Shown: positions 26,073 to 37,672 of the stretch, one piece after another
How positions within the stretch are numbered: the first letter of the stretch is position 1
Layout: each line of letters begins with the position of its first letter
Assembly (NCBI GenBank): GCA_965649765.1
Contig: OZ287753.1
Coordinates: forward strand, 47,120,001-47,184,000
Length of the DNA: 64,000 nucleotides
Reading direction: 5' to 3'
Source: Bispira polyomma
Taxonomy: Eukaryota
Notes under the pieces: model-generated
What the model saw: only the letters and a program-made list of their open reading frames with translations
Told to the model about the DNA's origin: nothing
Databases searched by the model: none
Translations under genes and position numbers: made by a program

Positions 26073-28383
26073 AGTCGGTGATTATTACATCATTAGTTTA
26101 CAATACTTTTTGTGCTTACTTTTAATGTCTCACAATAAAATAACAGTTTTTTGGGGTGCAGATAAACAATAAACACTCCATTGTTACTGGATAAATATTA
26201 AAAAGAAATAATAATTGTTGCTAGTTAATTACAACCCTCTCTGATCACGATCACAAAATCCCACTGATATTTATTCCTTCAATCGAATCTAGTGCAAGTA
26301 TTATTGTTTCATAAATAAAGCCAAGTATAAGTTTGAAGTAAGAATATTTCCTTGGCTACAGCTTTGCAATAAAGTATATATCTATCCTAGAGCTGACTAT
26401 ATCCCTTTAAACAGCCTCTCTCTGGGGAGAGCTGAAGGCACACTGACTGAAGTACATATCCAGCTTTATCTTATTCCAGCTCAAAGAAAACAGCTCAAGT
26501 TACTCATGTCTTATTTATTGGCAGTATTCCGATCACTCTCACAAATCCTATTGTTTAACAGAGCCCCTTTTTTTATTCAGATATTGAAAACTAATTTATC
26601 CTGCATTTTAGCTCCCAGAGCAAACCAGATCCTTGTGCGGCCTTCTGACATTTTTCACCACCTTTTCTGGAGTTGCGTCTCTAGCCAGATCTTTAAACAA
26701 GCCTCCCAGCCGCCTGTCGAGTGACTTCTGTTCTGACTAAAATTGTGTCTCAGTGTACAGACACTTTCCCTCCTCTCAGCCTATATTGCCCCCCTCTTCT
26801 CTCACCCTCGTTCTACTTAATCCATTCCACTGACTTCACACAATGCCCGGCTGCGTATAAAGCAGAATGCACAGCGTTAATTGAGAAGAACACAGCCTTG
26901 GTGTCTTGACTCGTCCTCTAGGTAATTAGACCAGAAGATGCTGACCACTAAATTAACACATCTTCTGTCTAATGAAGTAAGCAGCACACACACCCTCTCT
27001 CCACACAAACCTACGCTAACAAAACTCTGTCATCTGCATAAGGATGGAGAAACCCTCCTTTCTCTTGAATAGGACCCTTGTTTTAGAAGGGATATAAAAC
27101 CCACACACATTAGTACAGTTGCTTTAATGACGCACCTGGTAGATTAACAAATCTGCAGTGACCGGAACTTGCTGTGGTAGTATTTATTAGTTGTAATTAG
27201 CTACTATCATTAGTGTGTTTCATGATACAACACGCACTGTTACAGAGTTGGTGGTTTTCATTTATACACCACAAGTATACTCAACAGCAGATAAAAGAAG
27301 TATAACAAAATTTATTTAAGGGGAAATATTAAAAAGGAAGCAATGATCTCCTTTAAAATTTCATGATTTATGAGTTTCTCTGTGTCATCACCAAGACCTC
27401 CACTTAGAGTTTTAATTAAAACAAGTGTTACAAAAATACCACTGCCCTTTAAACACACTCAGTGTGTCCTTCATATATTAATTCTACTGAAAAAGTTCAC
27501 CCAGGCTGGAAAATGGCCTTATACAGAATTAATATTTAAGGCAGTAGTTTTCCTAGTTTTATTTTAATCCATCATACACTTGTGTCCCTGTCACTGTTTC
27601 CTTTCCAAGGTCACTGCCCAGGGTAAAATTTGGTGACACCGTTACTGATCTCTAGTTATCCTTCAAAACCACAACAATGGGACACCAGATTTCCTCAATC
27701 CCAAGACCCGACCTTGGTATGAAAAACCCAATTAAAGCAAACCTTCCCGAGGGGATGTATTGCAATTATTGAAGTTTGTCACCACAGGCCAAATGCCTTT
27801 AAGGCGTTAGAAAAAAACTCAGGATAGAAGTACAAATCCACGTTATAATCACCGACGATTTCCATATAGAAGGCAGCAATCTGTCACCAATTGTGAAATG
27901 ACTAAAGTCCAATGATAATAAGGCAATAGATAGAGGTTTTTAGCACAGTTCTAACCAGCGGTAAAATGTCAATTAGAGTCCATTAAGCAGTCCTCTATTG
28001 GTGATGTGCATCCCCATTCACCCACCAGCCACTGATTTCAGGGCAGCAGACTGTGTGTGTGGAGAACTCTGTGTGCTGAGTTTTGGGGGGAGGGGGCTGT
28101 ACTTTATGTGAGATGTGTTCTTTCTAAACGCCTTGCAGAGGATTTCTGGATTTATTGGTCTGCAAATCATGGGAAGTGTTAACTGCAGAGTGTTGTTTTA
28201 GAGGTACAATAGGCCAAATAATAGGCCAAATCAAACTAAATTGTAAGGCATCTGTGATCTATATAGTGATACACCCCAAATGGGTAACCAAGATAGGATA
28301 CAAATAAAACAGGTTCAAATCTGATAAGGTCTTCTGACTTTTTAATAATATTTAGTAAGATATCCAAGTTATGACTTTTCCAG

Positions 28384-28465
28384 CCATAGGTTCGAATCTT
28401 GGCCATAGGATGTAAGCAGGAAAGTTTGCAGTAGACTTAGTGAAGGCTGGTGATTTGCAATGGAG
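28384..28465 (+). mobile_element. SINE fragment (Meta/MESC-like family)
   Basis: B-box ggttcgaatct then ggaaagtttgcagtagacttagtgaagg, matching the 39765 copy. Confidence 0.65.
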
Positions 28466-28996
28466 AAAACCTCAAATAACTACCGTGTACTGTATTTGTG
28501 CAGAGAGATACTTTAATAAACAGCAAAGTACCTCTTGTAGAATCTACGCCTTAACCTACACACCTATACACTATACCTGACTCAATTGTAGCCCCTGAAG
28601 GCTGAGTTAAGTCGGCCCTTCAGAATTGATCAATATGATCAATATGGTCCATTCTTCTCTCGAGGTTTCATTGTTATGTAAACACGGAGTTTTGGCAAAA
28701 ATAGCTGTGTGCTGTAATGGATCTAGAACTGTATCAAAACAATTGGCAGTTTAGAGGCTGCCATTTAACAGGCTTTTCCCCAGGTTTCAGACTTCAATCC
28801 ATTCAGCAGCCAGGCTGTCAGTTAGTTGTATACATCACAATCAGTCAGCCAGTGGTGTTTTGTAACCTACAGGAGGAACATAAGTTTTTACTTGGTGCAT
28901 TTATCTAAAATAGAGAAGGGAAATAAAAGATGCTAAACCCAAGGATGGTTAAATATCTTAAAATTAAAAGAAACGAATACTGGATCCACCCTTATT

Positions 28997-29242
28997 CGGG
29001 AACAAGACCTGCCCGTGCTCACCCACACCCGTGTGGATATTTTCATGGGTAGCTATACATGTAATTATTTCCATCCGTCCCCATTGAAAAAGCTTCCATA
29101 CCCTTCTTCTACAGATGCGGATGGGAAGGACGTAAATTGACTGTGTTTGCTATATGTATGGTTAAGTGTATAGCTGTCACCCGTGAAAATATCTACAGGT
29201 ACGTACACAGGTACGGGTGAGTTCGAAAAGGTCTAGTTCCTG
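28997..29242. mobile_element. Fold-back MITE with ~60-bp imperfect TIRs
   Basis: ggaacaagacc...ctcaccc...gatattttcatgggtagctatac mirrored by gtatagctgtcacccgtgaaaatatc...gggtgag...ggtctagttcc. Confidence 0.75.
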
Positions 29243-29501
29243 ACTTACACACACATTGGCCCCAACACATGTAACAGACTCTGTTTTCGGTCATGCCCAA
29301 TCCCTGCGCATAAGTCCTGTTGAGCAGTTTTGGTTTAATATTTTTCACAACTAACTAACCTTTGATAACTGTACAGAAGTAAAAAATACAAATAGAAGAT
29401 TTGTTATTTTGACCCCATTCACCTAAATTTATTCTCTTACAAAAAAAGGAACAATCTGAGCTTATCTGTCTTGTGTAGATCAGTGACCAGTTATCTGGTA
29501 A

Positions 29502-29602
29502 GCCTGCGCTTTCTTTCAGCACATTTTTATAGGCCAACGTCGGATGGGATCAGACACCGTCAAATCGGCCGCCGTCAGAATGTACTGAAAGGAAGGGTAG
29601 GC
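29502..29602 (+). mobile_element. MITE family A, 101-bp minimal deletion derivative
   Basis: gcctgcgctttctttcagcacatt ... aatgtactgaaaggaagggtaggc with taa TSD on both sides. Confidence 0.9.
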
Positions 29603-30479
29603 TAACAGTTGACAGCCATATTACAAGATGTCACCCACACATTATAGCAGGGTTAGTGTTTACAAATATGACCAAAATTAGGTAAATAAATCACCATCGT
29701 TTATGTTTTTAGCAATTTCAGATTTTATTTGTTGTGTATTTGAAAACAAAAGTACAAGTTTAATATAGCAGTTAAGTGTTAGTAGATAAATTGAAATTTT
29801 TAGTGAATACATGTACGTGTATCCCATGTTTTGATCAAGGAATATATGTATTCCCGAAAATGTCCAGTAAATACACTATTCCCTGATATTATCAGGTAGT
29901 TGTTTCACACATTCACTGAACCAAATATATATAAGTGTGTAGTAATGTTATGTTTTTGTCTGACAGTTGAAAAGCCCCTGTCAATATTCCACCCCCTGTC
30001 TGCTTCCTCCTCACTCCCCTTCCTGTTTCTTCTACAGATAAACCACGCCCTCTTTTCCCCCAATGCGTCCACACAACTCTTACAATACTGCCTACACACC
30101 TACACCAAGAGCTCTTTAGTAGGTCCATTTTAACTTTAATCGTTACCCTGTGAGCTGGTTGTTGTTGAATTCTTCTTGTAATCAGAGGGATACCCAATAC
30201 CAGGTAAATCCACATATAATGGTGATTGTGTCTAACTTCCTGGGGTCAAGCTGTGACCACACAATCATAGATGACGACCAATGTTAGTTTACAGGACTTT
30301 ACTTTATTAAACAACAAGCCTCTTAGAAGATACATTGTCATCAATTTAACTGTCTATAAGTTACTTTTAATAAACTACAGATACGTTTATTACCAAATCA
30401 AGTGACATGCAAAAAGGTTATATGTTTACAAAATGTAAACCCCTACTTTCAATCTTTGCAGGTATATTTGTATATCTTT

Positions 30480-30632
30480 CGTTTGGTTTGGGTTTAACAT
30501 CACTTTCAACTCATATTGTGTTATTATCTGGATGGGCAGTTCACCGGTGGAGAAAATCAGAACACAGTAGTTGGCCCAGGTGCTCTGCTTTAAAAACCAC
30601 CAACCCTTCAGCAAGTCTACTGCCAAGGTGGG
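30480..30632 (-). mobile_element. SINE 3' fragment (Meta/MESC-like family)
   Basis: Reverse complement matches the 39765 copy (gcagtagacttgctgaagg, ccggtgaactg, gatgttaaa+(ccaaa)n tail). Confidence 0.7.
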
Positions 30633-30967
30633 AGACGAGTGGTTTAAACATATGTATTTCCAATAGGTGTTTTGTGAGATTAGCCATAATTATGTTGCCA
30701 TATTTCAACAATGTTCAATCATGAAATGTACATGGTTTTCAACATATTTCTACGTTCTCTGAATTTTTTCTCAAACATATATTTTTCTGTGACACATAAC
30801 CTATCTCATGTTTTACCTAAACCCGGTAATTGACATGTTCTGGCCACAAAATGTTTAATTAATTAGAGAGATGTTACACAATACCTCCCAAAAATACCAT
30901 CTCAGGTAAACAGATTGGTCACGTAATAGCACCTTGGTACACTTCTGGTCAGTGCTAAACTGTATAA

Positions 30968-31290
30968 ATATACCACAGTTATATCAACAACAAAACTACC
31001 ACAATATACCACAGTTATATCAACAACAAAATTACCACAATATTCCACAGTTATATCAACAACAAAATTACCACAATATTCAACAGTTATATCAACAACA
31101 AAATTACCACAATATTCCACAGTTATATCAACAACAAAACTACCACAATATACCACAGTTATATCAACAACAAAACTACCACAATATACCACAGTTATAT
31201 CAACAACAAAATTACCACAATATTCCACAGTTATATCAACAACAAAACTACAACAATATACCACAGTTATATCAACAACAAAATTCAACA
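30968..31290. repeat. 36-bp minisatellite, ~9 copies
   Basis: Unit caatatwccacagttatatcaacaacaaaaytacca; explains ORFs 30902..31291 and 30934..31371. Confidence 0.97.
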
Positions 31291-32933
31291 ATATTCTCAG
31301 GTTTGTATTTTCGGAAATTTTATGTTCCCATAACTTTCACCTTCCCCGCCTTTAGCAAATTAGAAGCTTAGCAACATCTTCTTAAAAAAAATCACGTTGT
31401 GACTGCAGTGGGACAAATGGGATAGTTGTTTTACATATGGAATTTGGATTTAGGAGAAGAAAATGTCAATGACTTAGAAGGTACAGTGTATGGACGTCTG
31501 GTAATAATTGTCAGTGACGTCACTATAATTGCAGCCTTACTTTTATATGGTCAGTGACGTCACCAGCCTGTCTTTATTTACATAAGGCCAGTGACGACAC
31601 TAGCCACAAACCGTGTTGATATAAGGTCCGTAATATACTTTACATGATGTATAAAGAGCTTATCAGACTCCATGAAGACTCCTGAAATCTTAACAAAGTC
31701 GGACTTAAACTACATGATGTCCTTATAGTAAAACTTTTGTTTTAATAGAGGAGATTTATTTGGGCCATCAAATTGAGAACAAATGTGAATTGATGATATA
31801 CCAAGAGCCTGCCAAAGTAATTTTTTTTAAATAATAAAAGCTGGACATATTGAACAAAGTGACAACAATTGCATAAAAAATATGGCCTATTTTAAAATTC
31901 CATAATAATACCATACTCATACACACTATAATATCCTTGGCTGACCTAATGTAAAGTTTACATGTGAGACTTTATGCCACATTAGAGGCTTATCCATTTC
32001 CTTAATCCAGATTTTCTGCTCTTGTGAACATGGAATACAGGTACAGTAAATGTCATTTAATCCCTAGTTAATGTCACATTTGTACAGTGTTTCCCTTAAG
32101 TATAAGAGCTACATGTCTATGTGTATGTTATAGATTTCTCCCTGTTTAATTGTGTCTTAAAACTGTCGTATCGAGTTTGAACTTTTTCAGTTTGCCAATA
32201 ATTCAGGTGTAAATGTGTTGTTGTAACATCTGTAAAATATCTAAATATGACAAACACCTGGCAAGTACAGGTATCACTACTAGTAGCTTACAATAGATAT
32301 TCTAGCCACCAGATGGTATATGTGAGGCGCAGTGCAAATAAGAACAATAAGAAAGTTTTACCCGTTCCAAACGCCAGAAGATTATACTCTGTTCCAGGTG
32401 CCAAAGGCAGTTTCAAAGGTACAGTTTAGCCCGTTCACAGTAAAACCAGAGCTTAAACTGATCCAGTGACCACTAATGTTTTATATGTTCTAAACGAATT
32501 ATAGAAGCATTATCTGTTCGTGTAGAAGCTGTGCAGCACTTCGTGTCAGTCAGAGCAGCCACACCTTAAAGATCATGTAACCCTGTCACCCCTTAACCTA
32601 TAATTTGTGATCGCCCAAAATGGTTTGTGCTCTGCGGTACGAAATGGGAGTATAAAACCTCATGTTTCAGGGTCTCCTGTGTCATTAAAGTGTTACTGAA
32701 GAGAGAGCTGTTTCTTGGAATCTGCTATTTATGCTTATAATGGCTTGCTAGTCTGATTGCGAGGGGACGTATACTAATTATATCCACGCATAGCGTGTTT
32801 CTTTCTTCACTATCTTGTGAAATTTGAAATCCACAAAATTCGTAAATACGTTCCTCTCACTTGCAAGCATAAGTTGCAGAATCCATTCTTATATTTCTAC
32901 AGATTCATAGACAATTATTGACAAATATACATA

Positions 32934-34137
32934 ATGGCAGCAAAAACGGGATACTGCAAACGATGCAACATAGTTCATTCACGACCTGTGGGGAGACAGT
33001 GTAAACTGGATATAACTGTTGCCAGCACCCCAGCCCCTAGGGGCCGACGTCAAGCGCAGCGAGCTACATGGGAAGTGACCAGTACAACGGAGAAGCAGAG
33101 TAGCAGGACAGACACCCCAGCCGGGGAGCCGGTACCAGTGGGAGACAAACTGAACATTATTCTGGATAAATTAAATCAGCTGGAGAATGACATGAGTGAG
33201 GTTAAAAAAAGAGCAGGGGACTTTAAGACGGACTAAAATGCTAGCACAGGATGTGTCCTCACATAGTTCTCTAGCACGGCAAGGTTACCGGGCTCAATCT
33301 GATGAACTGTACGTGTTTCAATCTGAGACAAGACAGGGTAAAAAAGGTGACCTCGCCTTTGATCCGGAGTATGTGACGAACTACGACGATCTGGATACAG
33401 ATGAAGTGATTCTGCCCAGTCAGAGATTTCTGAAGTCAAATGAGACGATCCAGGCACAAGTGGATAAGCGTTTACAGAGGAACAGATCCCAGTACTACAC
33501 GTCACCTGATAGCGGTAAGAAACTTAAATCAGGGCTTCAACGTACTAATGAACATTCAGTGAAACAAATAATTAATTGGCCCCATGAGCTTTGCTTCAAT
33601 GCAACAGGTAAAAAGCAACCATCTTATCAAGACCTCACCCCTTTAATGTTTTTCCAGGGTTACTTGGGTTGTGTTTTTGAGGAAAAGGATGCAAAAGTGC
33701 GAGATAATATGTTGCAATATGAAATGCAATTAATGAGGGACGGTCTAGAAACCTCGTGGTTTACAGTCAAAAGCGCACATTGCCAAATTATGCTAGAAAT
33801 TGAAAAGGGAAAAGCTAGTTGGAGCAACCTTCCTCAAATACACGAACTCAGGGCCCGTTTGACACAACGTACTCTTAAAGATACTTCTGTTAATGACTCA
33901 GCCCAGGGTAGCAGTTATGCACAAAAAGGGAAACCTAAAAATTCTGTGCTCATGTGTAGTGCATACAACAGAAGGACATGTAGCCAGTCAGATGATCACA
34001 TCTTTGGCTCCATGATATTAAAACACGCCTGTTCGAAATGTTTTAACCAAAATAAGAAAATCCAATTACATAGGGAGAAAGATTGTAGAAAAACTACTGC
34101 TCAAACACGGGATTTCAGTAGGACTAATCAAAACTGA
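32934..34137 (+). pseudogene. gag-like ORF1 of the YR retrotransposon, frameshifted in an A7 run (33204-33210)
   Basis: N-terminal CxxCxxxHxxPxGxxC, coiled coil, GKKLKSG..WPHE motif, C-terminal CxxYN..C..HxCxxC..H..C finger; removing one A joins ORFs 32934 and 33196 (EVKKEQGTLRR). Confidence 0.85.
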
Positions 34138-34458
34138 CAGCCAGTAAAAACTGGAACAGTTTTTGGAACAGTGGCTTTGGTAGGGGCTCAAAAATGTGTG
34201 AAGTTAGGGAACCTGGGGCGAAATTTATAGCACACATGAGAGCAGAAACTGTAAAAGTCATGATAGTTGTAGTACCTGGCTCTATGACCAAGTGGGTCAT
34301 AAGAAGGGTGAAAAAAGTGTTTTAAATGTAAATAAAAATGTAAAAATTATTTCAAAGTATAATATGTGTAGTGGAAATGGTAAAAAGTTTGTCCAGAGGG
34401 CAAGCGAAAGTGTGTATTAAATAGTAGAAGTGGTGATGGTAAAAAGTGCACATATGAA

Positions 34459-36686
34459 GTGGGCTTCCCGCCCTTGCAAAAGAGCAGGAAAATGGCCAGA
34501 AATTGTATAGGTGGATTCCCGCCAAAGAATTCTAACAAACCAATTAGTCCTTTGCAAAACTCTAACAAACAAAGTTTACAAAAAGAAAGTGGTAAACAAG
34601 TTAGCAGTTGTAGTAAACAAAAACAGTTCAACGAGTGTCCTAACAAGGACAAGTTAGCGAGTCGTGTCAAAAGTAGAAGGGTGGCAGTCATTTCCCCCCC
34701 TCCTGAGGTATGGGGCGCGAGGTTGACAGATACAACAAACATAGTGAACAATGTAAGCAGGGTTTCTCCCCCTCGAAGTCAGTCAATCAATTGTCAGGGC
34801 GAACCCCTAATTGCCTCATTTGAAGAGGCTAGTTCACAGAGTGACACCAATGTTCAAAAAACCCTTTCTCCACCCCCCCCCCCCCCTTCTGTAGTCGCAG
34901 TGGAGTGTCAACCAATTAAGGGAATTGGTAAGAGTTGTATAGACCGAATGCGTGGTAAGTCAAGTGACAACTTTGGCTTTCAGTGTATATTTAACTTGGT
35001 GGGTTGTACACCCACGTATACCAATCCAATTGACTTTAACTCGCTAGAGCAATGGGCTCTTGAGGCACACAAAGTGGTGGGTGACTGGGGGGGTCCTAAT
35101 TACTTGGGTGCTCGGGCACCTGTCCCTTCTGAACTCAACATAGCTGCTTGGCATCAGGTATTAATGGGGTATGAAGATAGGTTACTTCCCGAGTACTTAG
35201 AGTTTGGCTTCCCTCTGGACATGATGCATGAACACTTTAAATTTAATGATGACGTCAAGAACCACGACAGTGCAGTTAAGTTCCCAGATAGTGTTGACCA
35301 GTACTTCGTTACGGAAAGGTTACATAAGGCGATAGCAGGTCCTTTTAGTGAAAAGCCATATACGTCTTTGCACTACTCCCCTGTCATGACTAGGCCTAAG
35401 GATGACAATTCTAGAAGACTTATAGTGGACCTATTTTGGCCGCATGACGCTATGTCAGTTAACAGCATGGTAACAGAGGGCAGATATGATGGACAAGATT
35501 TTGTTTTAACTTTACCCACCATAGACATGTTGGTTGACCAAATTAACAAAATTGGCCCTACAGCGAAATTGTACAAGCTGGACCTCTCGAGGGCGTTTCG
35601 AAATTTGAGAATCGACCCGGGTAATTACAAATATACAGGCCTGAAATGGCGCGAAAAAACCTACATAGACCTTGCAGTCATGATGGGATACAAACACGGT
35701 ACGGCGGTTTGTGAGCGAGTAACCGATAGTATCCGCAGGCTAATGAAGACTAAAAACTACAAAATTTGGAACTACATCGACAATCTAGTTGCCGTAGAAG
35801 AAAGTAGTAGGGCCCACAAATTGTACAAATTGATAGAGCATCTTGGTTTACCAATAAATCCCAAGAAAGTATTTTCCCCGGCAGAAGAGGTCATATGCAT
35901 GGGAATACTAGTCAATGCTAAGAAGGGTACCCTTAAAATACCGGATGAGAAATTAAACCAAATAAAGGAAATGTGTAAGTATGGCGAGCAAAGCAAAACT
36001 GCAATAGAAGAGACTTACAATCAATTCTAGGAAAACTTTTGTACATACATCGTTGTGTCGCTCCCGCTAGATTGTTTCTAAACAGAATGCTAAAGTTGCT
36101 CAGGGAAACCTATCCTAGTAAAAGTATTAAACTAACTAGAGGGTTTAAGGCTGATTTGGAATGGTTTAACGAATTTCTGGGTGATTTTAACGGGGTGGTT
36201 GAGATGCATCTCAAGGAAGAGCCAGTGTTGGGACTATATGTAGATGCCTCACTGGTTGGTAGTGGGGCCATGTGGGCGAACAATGTTTATGCCGCAGCTT
36301 TACCAGAACACAAACTTGAGTCATTCGGAATTGTCCATTTTGAGATGTAGAATATTTTGGTGGCACTACGTGTGTGGGGTAAATGTTTCAAAAATTGTAC
36401 AGTAAAGCTGTGGTGTGACAATGGGGCTGTGGTTGCAGGGTTAAATTCTAGTAGATTCTATGACGCAGGCCTTGGTATTATGGCAAGATCCACCTGGTTA
36501 GAAAGTGCTAGAAATAACATAAAATTGGATGTGGTCCATATCGCTGGCATTAAAAATGTACAAGCTGACTACTTGTCGCACATGTTTATTCCAGGGCACA
36601 AAAACAGCAGAGTCCATGAGCAAGTTATGCAGAAAAAGTGGTGGAAAGTCAGCCAAAGCGATGTCACATTAAATACTGAGTTTTAA
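34459..36686 (+). pseudogene. Reverse transcriptase-RNase H (pol) of the YR retrotransposon
   Basis: GFPL, GPF, RLIVDL.WP...SVN, KLDLSRAFRNLRIDP, YIDN (from YxDD), GLPINPKK, MGI; frameshift near 35980 into LQSILGKLLYIHRCV..ARLFLNR; RNase H YVDAS, HFEM*N (TAG 36348), WCDN, NVQADYLS. Confidence 0.92.
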
Positions 36687-36692
36687 TTTCAG

Positions 36693-37672
36693 GTACACCA
36701 ATTCAAATTCTCCTATCTCAAGCAGCCAACGCTAGGCTAGAGTCAGCGATGACTCTCAAGACGCGGCAGGCCTGCAATAATTGTATAAGACTTTTTCTTG
36801 CTTTTGCTGTATTCATTGGAGCTGTGGAGCTGGTGTCCCTGCAGTTTATCCTTCAATTCTGCGAATATCTGCAAATAGCACAACAGGGGCTCAAACCCCC
36901 CTCAATTCAAAACTACTAATCAGCAGTCAAGTACTATTTCCACTTGTGGAATTTTCCTGTGCATGTCTTTGCTCATGCACAGCTAAAACTATTTTTCAAA
37001 TCTCTTACGTTATCTACCCCTTATACACCCAGGTTGAAGGGCATCATAACCATTCCTATTCTAAAATCCATCCTTTACCAGGCCTCTGCTTTTCCACATG
37101 CATACATTTATAAAGCACTATTTGCAACTGCTTTCTTTGGATTTTTCAGATTATCAAATTTAGTCCCCCCTAGTACTTCCCTCTTTAACCCTCAAAGACA
37201 CTTAACGTGTGAAGATTTTATTTGGGGCCCCCCTGGGGTGCACATTGTCCTCAGGTGGGCTAAGAATTTACAAAAATATAATCAGTTTCATGTGGTGCAG
37301 TTGCCTGCTTTAGGATCATCAGTGTTATGCCCCGTGGCAGCACTAAAGGTAATGTTTAAAATAAACGAAAATGTAAAAGAAACTCCAGTTTTTATGTATA
37401 AAGTCAACAGGCAATTAGTGCCCCCCACAGCTTTTAAAGTGCGGCAAGTATTAAGAGAAATTATAGTCTCTTTAGGCTTGAACCTGCAGTCCTTCGGTTT
37501 TCATGCATTTAGACATTCTGGGGCAACTCTAGCGTTTGACAACAACGTGGAGTTGCAATCCATCATGGGTCATGGTGGTTGGCGATCATCAGCAGTATGG
37601 GCCTATCTGCAGTCAACTCTTAATGCCTCTTCAACAGTAGCTAAGTCCCTACAAAAAATAATATTACACTAA
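36693..37672 (+). pseudogene. Tyrosine recombinase of the YR retrotransposon (one in-frame stop at 36917)
   Basis: Frame opens directly after acceptor ttttaatttcag; N-domain ARLESAM..T...FLAF..FCEYL..GLKPPSIQNY*SAVK; catalytic FFGFFRLSN, WAKN, HAFR, GHGGWRSSAVWAY. Confidence 0.92.

Noticed and set aside
30902-31371. Gln-rich repeat ORF resembling a neuropeptide or prion-like precursor
   Set aside because: 36-bp minisatellite; no signal peptide, dibasic cleavage sites or clear exon boundaries
32367-32376. ccaaacgcca complementary to 37681-37690, as a possible DIRS-type terminal inverted repeat
   Set aside because: Only 10 bp with no extension; cannot be distinguished from chance
33201-33212. 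Programmed frameshift in gag
   Set aside because: A single extra A in a homopolymer explains it (mutation or sequencing error); the element carries several other disabling lesions
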